Shown here piece by piece: positions 38,401 through 52,500 of a stretch of 64,000 nt of DNA. The notes below the pieces were generated by a model that searched no databases, was not told the DNA's origin, and worked only from the letters and a program-made list of their open reading frames with translations. Both the position numbers and the translations under genes were made by a program. Source of the stretch: Podarcis pityusensis (Eukaryota); NCBI GenBank assembly GCA_964106645.2, contig OZ067043.1, one strand, 5' to 3'. Within the stretch, counting starts at the first letter, position 1; the number at the start of each line of letters is the position of its first letter.

Positions 38401-40526
38401 GTGTTGGGATGGTGGCTCTGCCCCCAGCACGTGCACCACTAGTGCTGCCAGCTGAAACTTAATGCAACCTCCAAAATGGGATAGCATCCTCCAGCACACC
38501 TAAGGCAGCGTGCTAATTATGGTGACCAAGGATAGACCATGTGGATACACCAAGAACCTGCCCCCTGAGGCAGTCACCTCCTTCTGCCTAATGCTAGGCT
38601 GACCCTAAACTGGACCTCTTAGGATGATGGCAAAATTATAACCAGATTACCTTGCAATGTTACCAACGGTAAGGAGTTTGGGAGGAAGAAACTACAGTAG
38701 TACAAAGAAATAATAACAATAAAAAACTGGTTCTAAAACAAGCTCTTAAATCACAATGAATTTTATCCCTCGAAGGTCATGCAAATAACTTGAGAGTAGA
38801 ACGTAAGCGTTCCTGGCATGCAAATTTGGATCTCTTTGGCAGAGGGAGTTCGTAACAACCCTTATTGTGAAACAGTGGTTGGACCCGGAAGCCAAATTTC
38901 CAGTAAAGAGTTGGGAGGGAAAAGAAAAACTCATACCCTGCTTATTCAACAAGTAAACTGCTTTGAAGTCAGGATCCTGTTGATACAACACTAAAAATGT
39001 TACAACATACAGGATTCCTGAGGAAACTGAGAGGAGAACTTGCCCGAAACGTAATCCTTGCATTCCTCCCTCCAAATGAGATTGCAATCAGTATGAACAT
39101 AAGACTCCTACTGAAGGAACTTCCAGGAAAATTCGTGCAAATAAAAGTTAATAAGAAAAAGGAGAACTTGATGCTCTCACACTAAGGGAATTAAACAAAA
39201 TGCTCCTTTGTTTAGAATTAAAAGTTGCTTACATCCCGTCTTCCATATAACTGTCTATCAAGATAGTAAACTCAGCAGAATATGTCACGTCTGTTCTATA
39301 ACCACTAGATGCAAGATTCAGGTAGGTAGCCGTGTTGGTCTGATGCAGTCAAAATAAAAAAATAAAATTAAAAAATTGTCCAGTAGCACCTTAGAGGCCA
39401 ACTAAGTTTGTTCTGGCTATAAGCTTTCGTGTGCGTGCAAAATTTATACCCAGAACAAACTTAGTTTGTCTCTAAGGTGCTACTGGACAATTTTTAATTT
39501 TTTTAAATTTATTTCCACTAGATGCAAATTCAGTCTTCTGTTCTTGTTTACGGGATATGCATACTGAATTTGCAGTGCTGAATTCCTAAATTGTGCTTTT
39601 ATTAACAGATGCTCTTGAGTTGTATCTCATTGTATGTTTTTTTATATATATTGCGATCCACCCTGTGACCACATGGCAGGATAAAAAAACTCCCAAATAA
39701 ATAAATAAAATTACAATGGCACACGTTCTCACGCTTTGGAGGCATAGTCTCTCAGAAATCAGGAATGCTACACCAGCATGTCAAACCAATGGGTAAGCAG
39801 AATCCAGCTGCTGAACTTTTCAAACATATTCGCAAATGCCTCAGAGTTTGATCTGGATTTAAGATGACAATCTCTTACTCTCCAAGTGACAGAAATAGCC
39901 CTCATTACGCTACAGTGAAGATGCTTCATAATCTTGCAGTAGCTGTAAGATTTTAAGATACAAAGATTAGGTTCTCAGAGCAAGCTCAGTAGCACACACC
40001 CTTAAGGAAGAACTTCTGTATCTCGTTCCAATACCAACTACCCCAGAGTAAAATATAGTTGTGGCACCCAAGATTGACCAAGATTAAGGTGCCCCTCCTC
40101 CCCAGCTCCTAGGCACATCTCAGTTTTGTAATAAACAATTAGAGAAGTCAGCCTGAACCATTTCAGAGGTAGATTAGTAAAGCTTTAATGGACAGGTCTG
40201 GTTTCTTTAATTTTGTGCCAAATATGATCCGAAACAAGCTCTTTCATTTTGAGTCCAAAGTTAGCAGGTACATTGCATGTCATAGTGAAAGCACTTCTGC
40301 TAACCACTTCTGCTTTTCCATTTAGCAATAAAAACTGGAACAAAAACATTTCTGACCATTCGTCTATCTGGCTCAGTACTATCTACATCAAGGGCGGGCA
40401 GGAAGCAGATAAGAGATCTATTGGTAGATCTCTGGGTGATTTCCTATAGGATTTATGACTTCCAGTTTTTTAAAAAACAACAACAAATAAATCTGCCCCA
40501 CCCCCCAAAAATACTTTTTTTGCTGC

Positions 40527-40561
<35 letters not shown>

Positions 40562-43500
40562 AGAGGATGACAGCCAGGGGGCAGTAACCATATTTTTTTT
40601 ATGATGAAGGACGACAAGCTCAGCTCAGTTCTGGTACTCACAGCAAATTCATGGGCTCAGAATCCCTTAATTCTAGGTACATGTCTTTTGTACCTGCTCC
40701 CAGTTGGTAGATCTCAGGGCTTACATCCTGCAAGTCTAAATGCTGCCCACCTTGGTTCACACTGACTGGCAATGGCTCTCCAAGGTTTCACAAAGGAATC
40801 TTTCATGGCCCTATCTGAAGATACCAGGGATTGAATCTTTTTGGATTCAGCCCATGTGCTCTACCAACTGAGCTACATCCCTCCCCCTTGAGGACAGCTC
40901 CTGGAGGATAATATGGCTGGTGATATCATATGCCAATGAGAGGTTCAGCAGAACCAACAGGCATGTGCTTCCCCGTCCAGTTCCTGCATAGTTCATCCAC
41001 CTGGTCGGTCCTAAACAAACCAGAATCAGGCCTGAACTCATATAGGAAAGAATTCAGATAGTGAGCTTCATCCAAGAAAGGCAAGAGGTTGTTTGCCACG
41101 TTCCAGGACCTTAATCAAGAATAGAACAGTGGACACAGTCTGAGAATTATCTAGGGCAATGGGATCCAATAATGCCTTTTTCAACAGTGGTCTCACCACA
41201 GCCTTCACACCTCTAGGCTTTACCATCACAAGTGAACTAACTCTTCTACCCGCTGCAGTATTTTATGGTCTCCTTGCTTGTACTTTCTGTCTCTCTCTCT
41301 TTCTGTTCGTACTTTAATGGCATTTCCAAAACAGCACTCCCTTATATTATTGCTCTTTCCTAAGTGTCTCATGGCTCGTCCACAGACACTGCTAAAGTCC
41401 TATTTATCCTAAGGCTTTTGTCATTTGTTCCAGGGCCAACTCAGCATCTAATCTCCCTCTTCTTCAGACAATGTCTCGAACGTGTTCCTCAGTTCAACTT
41501 GGATGTGCTTCACAGGACATATTGTTCCCCTAGTCAGCTTCTGTGTTTCTTTGCTCCTTTCTTGTGGCATTTTTATTCTCAGTTTGGCGTTGTCTTGATG
41601 GCAGCTCCTCAATAGCATGCAATGTTTTAGTAGCATCATGATAATTAATACATGGCCTTTATGTAGTACTTAATTCCAAAGGGCTCAAAGCTTATCAAAA
41701 TTACTTACATACTAATAAGAAGCAGCACTACGACCTTGATTATTTATAAAGAGCTTAAAACTATACTGGGCCCTGTAGAATAGCTCCGTGAAAAAGCATT
41801 CCTTGCCAAAGGCTTACAACTTAACAATGCAACATAAGAACAGGGAGAGAAAAGAGCAATCTTAAGAAGAACAGCTAATAATTGCAGTTAAAAGAAGGGC
41901 TAGTTGTTTAGTGACTATTTATCTACATTAGCTCAGCAATACTTAACAACAAGCCTTAAGGCAGACTAGTGTTAACATAGCTATTTTACCCATGCTAAGG
42001 ATGGAAATGAGCTGCTGCTGAAAGGTAGGCAATAGAACCATCCCCAACCCTGTATCCTTCAAATGATTTGGATGCAAACTCCTATCATCTTCAGCCAGCA
42101 TGGCCAATGGTCAGGGATGATGAGAGCTGCAATACAACATCACCTGATGGTTGGAGACTCCTGCACTAAGGACCACAACCGGTGAGTTCATGACTGGTGT
42201 ACGATGCAACGGATGTAAGGGACTTGCAGAGCACAGTTCATGCTTTTAGCTACCAGATTTCCCTAAAAATAGCTTTCCACCTTGGATAAATCTTCCAACT
42301 TTCAGCTTGGGTAAATCATAGAATTGTAGACTTGGAAGGGACCCTGGGGATCCTTTAGTCCAACCCCCTGCAATGCAGGAAACCCAGCTAAAGCATCCAT
42401 GACAGATGGCCATCCAACCACTGCTTTAAAACCTCCCAAGAAGAAAAGCCCACAACCTCCCAAGGTAGTCTGTTCCACTGTTGAAGAGCTCTTATTGTCA
42501 GAAAATTCTTTCTGATGTTTCGTTGGAATCTCCTTTCTTGTAACTTGAAGCCATGGGTATGGGTCCTACCCTCCAGGAGAAAACAAGCTTGCTCCATCTT
42601 TCATGTGACAGCCCTTTGGATATTTGACAATGGCTACCCTATCGCCTCTCAGTCTCATTTTATCCAGGCTAAACATATCCAACTCCCTCAATTGTTCCTC
42701 ACAAGACTTGAAGGAAAAGCCATCGCTCTCTTCTCTTTTCAGTTGACAATGTAAACAAAACTTGACTTCCTCATGCAACATAAAATCCACTATAGCCTCA
42801 TTTGGACAAAATGCAAAACACCTGAACAGACCTCAAGGTGAAGCACTCCCACTTCCTTTTCCACCCCTTCAAGACACTCACGATGGGGAGATAGCTATTA
42901 TGTGATAACCCGACCAAACTGTGACCTGTGTTAACTATAGTTAAGGGATCAAATTGTGGTTTATGATCCTGTCTTCTTTGGTTAAGCCATAGCTAAGATC
43001 AAGCACAATCTGGAGACTGTCATAAAAATAAACCAAAGTTAGTTGAAACTAAGTGGAGGCTTTTGATCTCCTCTTCACAATTGTACCGGAGGAGTGAGGA
43101 CACGAGTCCAAGGCTCATTCATGTAAAACTAAACCATAGTTTAGTGTTACACATCCATACCAGATCTATGTCTATTATTCCCAATCTCTTTTCCCTGCAG
43201 GACTCCTTCTCGTGTTCTGTTACGATAGCCTACTTTCCTATTGCCTATCATTTATCGTCTTTTGCTAACTGTCAGTCACACGTTTGGAGACAGCTGCAGA
43301 ACACTTCTTCGATTCCATACCTCTTCCAAGACCTTCAGCTGAGCAATATTTTGTATACACTAACAAGTCAAGCATAACCTCCATGCATCTGCCTACAGAG
43401 AACTGTGAAATCTGGGGAGCTACACACAGTGTATCTGCTTCTGAAAGCGAGAGAGAAGCAATGGCTATATCTAGGCCAACTCCTGCCACAGGACACTATT

Positions 43501-46500
43501 AAACTGGGGGTGAAAGTTCTCTCTAAAATCAAGGAAACCTAAAAAATAAAAAAGCAAGCAAAAAAGCCCCTTATGAGCTCTTCACACCATAAATTCTTAA
43601 CTTTATGATACTGGGTCTTGTTTATAAGAACTCTGTGCCCCTGCCTGTAAATTCTGCCTTCTCTGCTTTTGTGTATTTTTTAATAATGATCTAATTCATC
43701 AGACCTCACACACAACCCGGTTGGTGCCTCTGAATTTTCTCCAGCTGCTCACATCCTTATGATAAGCATCTCCCTGGCTGTTGACACAGAGTCCATGAGA
43801 AAAGCAGATGGCTGCATGCCTGCTGCTATGGCTGCCGTTAGGAACATGGAAACTGATTTATATCAGGTCAGACTATTGGTCCTTCTAGCTCAGTATTGTC
43901 TGGCAGGTGCTCTCCATGGTTTCAGGCAAAACTCTCTCCTAGGCCAACCTGGAGATGCCGGGGATTGAACCCAAGACCTTCTGCATGCAAAGCAAATGCT
44001 CTCCCACCAAGCCACATAAAGCTTGCTGAGTGACCTTGGGCCAGTCACTGCCTCTCAGCCTAACCTACCTCACAGGGTTGTGTGGAGATTAAAGGAGGGG
44101 GGAGAACCATGTGCGCAACCTTGAGCTCCTTAGAGACAAATGGTGAGATATAAATGCAATAAACAATAAATAAACAAATTTCCCCAAGCACAGCAATGGT
44201 TGGGTCTGGAGAGAACAGATCCCCCTGCGAACTAGATTAGCTCTCAGACAAGACCTGGTTCGTTCTCTGCAAAACAGCCTGCACTGTCCCTTCTCCCTCC
44301 TTCACTGAATCAGAATGAGCACTGGAAAGAAAGGGTGTATTTTATCTGAACAATTAATAAGTACACAAGAATACAGTTCCTTTTCCCCATTGTTATGAGG
44401 TACTCACCTAAAGAAACAACAGCAACACTCTCTGGCATGAAATGCAGCCTGAATCTTATCAATAAATGCACCAATATGATGCAGATACCTGGCAGGGAAA
44501 CAAAACAACATTTAGGTACAGGATGAACAGCAGCTACACAGCACAATTCAAACAAATTGTGTGATTCCCTTTGGAAATTAAAAAAAAATGCAAAGCCAAA
44601 AAAAGATGTAGTAGCGATGGAGTTGAGAAATATCAAATACTGCCAGAACAGGGACAAGTGCATTAAAAGATGAAATAGTAGGTTTTACAGTGTTGTGCGG
44701 GTTTTTTTTATTTTTAAGAAAATCTCCTTCAGTATCCCCCAGGTGGATAGAATCATTCTTGATGACTTGATTACAAAGAACCATGCATGACAGTGCCTCC
44801 GTAACAGGGCTTTCGAGACTCAAGTGCCCTAAAAAGTCCTGATCCTAAACACATTGGCACAAATCTTAAGATAAATGAAGAAGCTTACAGAAGGCACATT
44901 TCTCTTCTCCTCTTGAAGCAACCTATGTGCCCCCAAAAGCCTCACTGGAGAGTCAGGAGAGCTCCACTAAACAATTTGGAATAAGGTGAGGGAGCTCTTT
45001 GGGGAGATGGGAAAAGGAAATATTCCTTCTATGAACTTCCTTCAGTTAACTTTTCTTAGGAGCCAGCCCGATTTTGGCCAATTATCTTCATCTCACATTG
45101 CTTAGGAAGACATCCCAACTCTCCCAAGATTGGTGACTGCAGGGGAATCAGGGGGTAGAAAACTTTCCTTTCCACTGTCTTCTGTAAAATAACTTACCTT
45201 AGGATACCAGCTGTTTACATGGCCATTAATCCAATGGATTTCAGTAGAACTTACCTTACAGGTAAAACATACTCAGATATTAAACTGATAAGAACAGATG
45301 CAACACTTGATCTTAGCCAAAAGGCCAAGAACCTCTTGATACTATCCCTATCAGTGCCGCAGAAGTGCCATTGCTGTGGTGGACTGTCCAAATCTGGTAT
45401 CTGGCATTTACAAACTGGACAAGGATAACTGGCCCACTAGTGCATTGGTCTGCAAATGGTAGTTCAGAACCCATAACCAGGTCACAGGTAGATGGATAGA
45501 AACAAAGCATTAAAAATGGCTCCCCAAATACAGATTTGGGCTGAAAGGGGTCCCATGGCTGAAAATATTGAAGACTACTACTCTGATAAGTGGGGTACAT
45601 GGGAGTGCTCAGATCCGTTCCCCCAAATCTCTCAGTTGTGATTTGGAGCAGTTATTAGGAGGAGCAGTCTTGTCCTGGCAGAACAAGAGGCTCTTGCTGC
45701 TTCTTAACGTCTTCATACCTCAGTGCAAATGAAAGTCTCTCTGCTAGTCCCTCTGTCCACTTCAAGGGGATTCTGTGAAGAGCAGAAGGCTGCTGGCAAC
45801 CATAAAAAAAATGGCTGGCTAATCCACCAAGCCAGCCTTTGCGGACTCCCCAGCCCACGTGTTTATTTTGTGCCAGCTAGTTATAGTTCTGTTGTTACGG
45901 TTGTAGTAGCTGGACAGTTAATGGCACAAAACCACTACTTGGGGTAGGGGTGGGTAGTAGCAGGTAGATGGCACTCGCAGTACTGGCTGCTTCCAGGACA
46001 GTTTTTAATACAGTCCAGATCTTAGTTTATATTAGTATATTTTGCTAGAAAAGGGAGGGAAAGAATCTTCCATCACTCCAAAGCAACCTTTTAAATTCTT
46101 TGTGATGTTTAGACTTTGAGTTGCATTATCTTCTGCCCTTTCCTTTGGCTTGGAACTTTCATTTTTATGACTACTTAAACATCAAGTTAGCCTTGGATGC
46201 AAGGCAGATGCTGGTTTCCTCTAAAGACAAAGGGCTGTTTTGCACAAACAAGGAATGTTCGTTTATTTGGAATAAAAACTATCTCAATTTTATTGCCTTC
46301 TTTTGCTTTGTTTAAAGTCTCTTGGCACTTTATCATAGGATCTGCCTCCCTGTGCTTATACAAAATGTCTATGGTATTGCAAACAAGCCTGTACTTTCTC
46401 ACACGAAGTGAATATTCTTATTACAGCAGACGTCTAAAAGATCACAGAAAACTGTCCAACGTTTGTGTTTTTCTGGAGAGGACATGCACACACACGCACA

Positions 46501-49500
46501 CTTGCAATTAATAAAGAACAACCTGAAGTTGACACGGCTCTGTTTCAGAGTGGCGTTCCCGGCAGAATGCACACACCAGGTGCCAACCTTTCCCGGTCTC
46601 CAACCAGCACACAAGGTGGAGCGCACAGGACCATCTCCACAGGTACGCTATGTAAGAACACAAGAGTCCTGAAGAATCAGCTCATCTAGTCCAACATCCC
46701 GGCCAACAAGGTAACTCCAGGAAGCTCACAAGCAAAGTATGAAGGCAGCAGTCCCTGACGCCCCAATATTCCCACCAAGTGACAGGTGTTTAGCAGGAAA
46801 CTATCTTTGCGCATGGGAGCTGCATAAAGCAGGGGTGGGGAACGTCTGTCCCATGGGCTAAATGTGGCCTTGCAACTCCTCTGTCTGTGGCCGGGTGTCC
46901 ACACACTTATCAGCAAGGGTCTTCAAAGGCAACCCTTGCCCTAAGAGATCACAACTCAGTGGCAGAACACATGGTGTGCATGCAGAAAGCCCCACATTCA
47001 GCCCTTTCTATCTCTAGTTAAAAAGATCGGGTAGCAGGTGTTGTGCTCAAGTTCAGCCAGATACCCTAGAGAACCATTGCCAAAGTAGACAATACTAGGT
47101 GTGATGGATGGCCTACGGCAGGTTCCTCTAGCCTAGTACAAATATGTTATCACCATCAATACAGAAAGGTACATGACTTTGGAGAGCGGAAAATGCCAGT
47201 TGGGCAATACTATCTCAATCTATTGCAATTAAATTTGCCAAACGCCTTCTGCATGCCCTGCAGATGTTGCAGGACTCCAACTCTCATTAGCCCTACCAGC
47301 AGGGCCAATGATCAGCGACACTGGGAGATGTAGTCCAACAACATCTGGAGGGCCTTGGGTTCTCTTTTCCCTGCTTTAGGGCAGCAGCATCTTGTCCAGC
47401 CCTCCCACTCCCTTCTGCTTAGCACAAACCTGAAGAAGAGCTCTCCAGAACTCAAAAGATTTGCTCACTACTTTGTGAGACATTTGTTGGTGCTAACAGA
47501 GCTATTCTTCTTCTGCGATGGCATGAATACTAGTGAACAAATGACTGTGGGCCCTGCAGTACCCAGAAAAGCATGACAGCGAGGATGCAATGGAAGCAGC
47601 AAAGTGTGTCTTCTTCACTGCCACTGAGCAGGCTCAATAGTGAGCATTCACTGTCATTCTATCCCAGTCTTCTGGAGTTTTCCTCACATGAATTCAAGCA
47701 GAATCCCAGTTTGTTTCATTGCCGTCAACACTGGTATATACCAACACGTCCCCCACCAAGTGGGATAGGGGCATCCATATATTCCACAGATCAACCAGGG
47801 CTTCAGCAAGACAGCCAGTCATATTATCTGGAAAAATTTCCCAAAGCCATTTGGAAACTAAACGAACCTATCAGCCTCTGAGGGCTGATCATCCTAACAG
47901 GTCCCTAATATCTCATGGGCTTGTGTAAATACAACAATCCACACAGAGAATCGCCCAGTAAATAAATAAAGCATGCAAACAAAAACCATGCAAAAACTCA
48001 AAGGAACAAAAAAGTTTACTAATGCTCCACACTGAAATAAAGCTAGTGATTGGGATGGGGAGGAGAAAAGAAAGTACTATGAGATATTTTCTCAACTATT
48101 ATTTGACTTCAGACCCTCAGAAGCAGACTAGTTTGCTTGCTTTCTAAGGATCAGAAACATAATACCAGGGACCAATTCTTGACTGGAATAGCAAACATGG
48201 AAATGAATTCTAAGTGAGGGTGGCCTGTGAACAGTGAAACAGGGGACTTGGGTAACAGAGACGTTTAGGCTACCCATGTTCCTATGTTTCCACTTGTCCA
48301 CCTGCATTTGCTCCGGCGAGCAGCCAAGAGTAACTGATCAGAAAGTCTTGGATGCACATTCACCTAATACAAGAAGACTAAAGAATATAGTCATGCCGCT
48401 TGACTGCTCCTCTTGTTGAGCTTGCACCCCAGTTTGCACTGGAAGGATAGGCTTGGCAGGTGTAGGAAGCACCAGCTTCGTGGTGAGCGCCAGCGTGGTG
48501 TGGAGGGTGGCATTGAGCACTTCGTGGGTAGCGTTTGAGAACCTGTAAGATAAAACACACCCAGGTCAGACTGAGGAGACACTCAGCTGGTTTTCCTCCA
48601 GCAGGAATCATTACTGAATGACTCACTGAAAGCTAAAAACTCATTTTCAAGTTATGCTTTCAGTTCAGCCATCCTTGATATAATAAACATGGCAAAATGG
48701 TGTTAATCCTGGTCCACATACTGAACTACCTACACTCAGCTGCACGCACTAAAAACAAGGTTAGGAACATGCGATGTTGCCTAAGACCACAGACCAGTAT
48801 TCTTCAACCATGAGTCCACCATATGTTGCCGGGCTGCGACTTCCATCATCCTGGACCACTGGCACAGCTGGATCAGATTTGTAGTCCAGTAACACCCAAG
48901 GAGCCAAGGTTGAAGAACACTGATATAGACCAGGCATAGACAAACTCTGCCCTCCAGATGTTTTGGGACTACAACTCCCATCATCCCTGGCTAACAGGAC
49001 CAATGGTCAGGGATGATGGGAGTTGTAGTCCCAAAGCATCTGGCGGGCCAAGTTTGCCTATGCCTGATATAGACAATTTGTCGATTTAGTCCACTGCTGA
49101 AGTTTCAGAGGAGGAGCAGACCTCCGAGTTTTCAGGAAAAGGTCATTCCCCGTCCGCTGCAGACACCTGAACCTTTTAACTAGACATGCCAGAGACTGAA
49201 CCTGGGATGTTATACATGCAAAGCACTATCTCTGAATTACTCTCACCCCCACCAATGATTTAGTACACAGTAAATGTTCACTGGATAAAGTTTTTTTCCC
49301 CCATTATCCCCCCCAAAATTGTGAAAATGTGGGCACCTGTCAGAGACCCTAGTGTCCTGCACTTCTGCTCTGAATGAACATGTGTCAGATGCCACAATAG
49401 AGTATTCAGTAAGAAGCTACACTGAAATTAAGTGCTCATTAAGTACATGTTCCTATATACGTGTATGTTGCCTCGGGTATGCGAGGTGACATGTTTTGCT

Positions 49501-52500
49501 GCTTTAAATTTTCTGCTGTGCAGCACTGAGCCTGCCTAGACAAAAAACAAATTAAAGATGCCAAAGGAAGACAGGGTGTGTGGATGTGGGTGTTTGTGGG
49601 TGGGCTCTCTGCTCATGAATAGTCAGCAGCTTTCAAGGATTGGCTAGTGTTCCCTGCAGGATCAGGTCCCTTTGGACAAAGAGGAGGAGGAGCTGGATCT
49701 TCACAGGAGTGGGGAGGTGATTTGGGGAAAGCTGCTGATGGAGATAGAATGTATTTCAGCAAGGTATATGGTCAGTTCTAGAAAGGCAGCCACAAAAGGA
49801 GGTAAGTGCAGAAAGAAAAGGAGTTAGCAGGGTTTGTGAAAGTGAGATATCAGGAAAGGGCCAGCTGAGGCAAGATGCAAAGCAAAACATAACAAGAACA
49901 GGCAAAAGCCAGGAGAGAGGCTACAGTAAATGCTTTGCTGCACAGAGCAAAGGCTGCCAAGAGGAAGTTTATACAGGGACAAAAAAGGGCATTCACAAAT
50001 CAAAGAGGGGAGTGGTGGAACTGGGCAAAGAGCCAGCAGAAGTAGCTGGGCCCCAGGAGGCCTGTGATTTTCCAGAGATTCAGTGCCTTATGGAGCAAGG
50101 CTTAAGCCCAACTGCACAAGGTCCAGCAACTGAGGACCATGACAGCATTTAGGGAGGAAAAGCAGGAAAGACGTTAAAAAACACAATAAACCCTGTAGCT
50201 GAGGTTATATCTGCCAGCCTTGGATGTAAAACTTCCCAGTGTGGTGCAAAAAAAACACCCACTCACAATTTGCAGAAAGCAGGTTACAGCAGAAAGCAAG
50301 CAGGAGCATTGGTGGTTGGGATGTCCCAGAATGCTTCAATTACATGGCAGTATTGTGATGAATGAGCAGCTATGCACTTTGCTTGGCACCCTTGTTCTAC
50401 TTCTTTGAGAGGGAAGAGACAACCATGTTGATCCTTGGACTTAAACCTCGTAAGAGAGGGTAGATGCCTTAGGGTACCTTCACGCAACCAGTATCTTAAA
50501 TGGCTCAGGACCACAATACATCAAAGACCACCTCTCCCCGTATAAACCAGCTCAGACTCTGTGATCATCCTCTAAGGCCCTTCTTCGTGTTCCTCCTCCA
50601 TGGGAGGACAGGAGGCTGGCAACACAAGAACGGGCCACAAGACCATGAGAACGGGCCTTTTCTGAAATGGCTCCCTGCTTGGGGAATGCCTCCCCAAGGA
50701 TGCTTATCTGGCTTCTTCATTACACATCTTTAGGTGCCAGGCAAAAGCCTTCCTCTTCAACCAGGCCTTTGGCTGATTAAAAGGGGGGGAGGTTATTGGC
50801 TTGTTTTGTTTTTATTATATACTCTGTGGTTTTCTTCTGTATTTTTATGCTGTGAACCACCCTGAGATCTTTATTATTATTTCCTGGGGTAAATCCCTCA
50901 ACAACATTTAACCCTAAAAAAACTCAACAACTTCAATCCTAAAAAAAGCTCAACAACTTAACTTTGGTTGGCTCTTTGGCTGGCCCTCACGGCCCTTCAC
51001 TTCATCAAATCTGGCCCTCTTTGAAAAAAGTTTGGACACCACTGAGCTAGGCCAAGTTGGTGAGAAATTGAGAACATGACAGTCTTGGATGACGAGGCAG
51101 GAGGGGGCGCGGAGGTGGATCATGCACTTTGTGATAATGATGACTGGGAGGGAAGGGTGGTCTTGTGCTACCTAAACAACACAGAAAGACCCCAAGGGAA
51201 CCTGAGGTCTTCTCAAAAAAGCAGAAGATAAAGGAGGTAAGAAGACATATACTTGCCAAGATGGAAATAATAGGCAATTATTGCTTGACACAATGGGCTC
51301 CTCAAAACATCCTTTTTATGCTACATCAATGTTGTTTTGTGTTTATGATGGTATTGGGGAGGTTATATATGAGTCCTCTTTCAATACTGCTTTGGGCCAG
51401 CAAATGTTTTGGGGTGGACATTCTGCTTTGTTTCCAATCAATGCATGCTCCATACTTTCCTGTTGAAATCCTGTAACTTTTTGTTCCACTTTTATTGCAC
51501 TATATATAGTACAATAATGCCCCTCCAAATGGCAATAACATAACCTTGGGGAATTATTGCAGAACAAGCAATAAGGTAGAATGGTTTGTGGACAGTCGAG
51601 TGTAAATCTATCACTAATGCAATATTATTAAATCGGTGGCATGTTGCAGAATATACCTGCAAAAACCCATCAGTCTGAAGGGGGAAAATACATGTTGAAT
51701 TATTATGGTGCAGTCATATATTCAAGTATTCAACAAGACAGGAGTATTTGGTATATTGTCATGAACATGGCAAAAACAAATAGTAGCACATGATGACAAA
51801 TGGACTCTAGCATTAGGTACTGGATTAACAGAGGACATTGACTGCAGGATATCATAAACTTTTATCTATAAAAGGTGAAAATAAATGGGATCTGAAATAA
51901 AATGTTGCAGTACATTGCACTCCTGTACAAAGTGCCAGCCAGTCAAACATGCCTTTTCCAGTATATGCCATTTCACTCTTCTTCTCCCACCTGTTTCTCA
52001 TTACAATCTATCCAACAGTTAATCAGCATTCTGTGCCGACTGTAGTGGAGTAGGGATGGGCAAAGTGCAAAGTGAATTTATTTCACAACAGGAATTATGG
52101 TGTCATATATTGAGCCACTATATGCAAAACCTCAGCATGTCACAAGCTTTTCTCAGAGAGAAACCCACCAAAAAAGCTAAGGAAACGAAGAAGTAGGTTT
52201 AGGTTGCACAGCATGCTTGCCTAAGAGTTAAACTGCCACTTTTAGTATAAAAAATGCCCAAGTCTTTTTTTTGGGGGGGGGGGGTGGCTTATAGGTATTT
52301 TTAAAATAGTTTGTGCTTCTGCAAGCTTAGGGAGGCGTTCCCCAAAGCCTGCTGATACCTCCTTTCATGTGTTTTGTGCTGTTTGGGTAATATAAGGGCC
52401 CACGCTCAAAGGAGGATAACTGGTAAAGGTAAAGGTAAAGGACCCCTGACAGTTAAGTCCAGTCGCGAACGACTCTGGGGTTGCGGTGCTCATCTCACTT

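Noticed and set aside
41150-41640. Possible RTE LINE remnant ([14 protein letters not shown])
   Set aside because: The resemblance rests on one short motif; it is too decayed to annotate confidently without a search.
45273-45331. Functional U2 gene or a U2-targeting retrotransposon (Utopia/Keno) junction
   Set aside because: Only about 59 nt, no Sm site or PSE, mutated branch-pairing motif, and no adjoining LINE sequence recognised.
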